A stretch of DNA of 64,000 nucleotides from positions 148,242,001 through 148,306,000 of the forward strand of contig NC_135803.1 of the NCBI RefSeq assembly GCF_964213995.1. Reading direction: 5' to 3'. Source of the stretch: Mustelus asterias. Its lineage: Eukaryota. Below, piece after piece: positions 63,962 through 64,000 of the stretch. Below the pieces are notes generated by a model. The model was not told the DNA's origin. It was given only the letters and a program-made list of their open reading frames with translations, and ran no database searches. A program made the position numbers and the translations under genes. How positions within the stretch are numbered: the stretch's first letter is position 1; each line of letters opens with the position of its first letter.

Positions 63962-64000
63962 CTGTACAAGGTACTGGCAAGACCACATCTGGAGTACTGT

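Noticed and set aside
1-64000. CRISPR arrays, operons or prokaryotic defence systems
   Set aside because: The sequence is vertebrate with spliceosomal introns, and its repeats are dispersed SINEs/LINEs rather than regularly spaced direct repeats.

Overview
Eukaryotic, repeat-dense vertebrate DNA, almost certainly a shark or other elasmobranch (HE1-type V-SINEs, CR1/HER1-like LINEs, Deu-domain SINEs). Most of the supplied ORF track is spurious or derived from transposable elements. Two host genes are visible on the + strand. The first is the 3' six coding exons of a twinfilin gene (TWF2-like; 12604-39931, upstream exons outside the window). The second is the first coding exon of a PP2C phosphatase of the PPM1H/J/M group (most likely PPM1M; 59307-59521). 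The rest is intron or intergenic DNA filled with CR1, L2, Rex1-like and Penelope-like retroelements, at least four SINE families, and a decayed Harbinger-type element. The most notable observations are: two unannotated in-frame microexon candidates (15 nt DKVIQ and 18 nt KCSGTM) in the twinfilin inter-domain linker intron; a ~1.1 kb near-perfect Penelope palindrome with a hammerhead ribozyme in each arm and a 12-bp target-site duplication; a ~310-bp highly structured, A-tailed element headed by U2 snRNA sequence (candidate U2-derived SINE); and a SINE whose body and tail match the two ends of a LINE in the same window. All identifications come from reading the sequence and recalling family motifs. 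No database search was run, and repeat boundaries are approximate.
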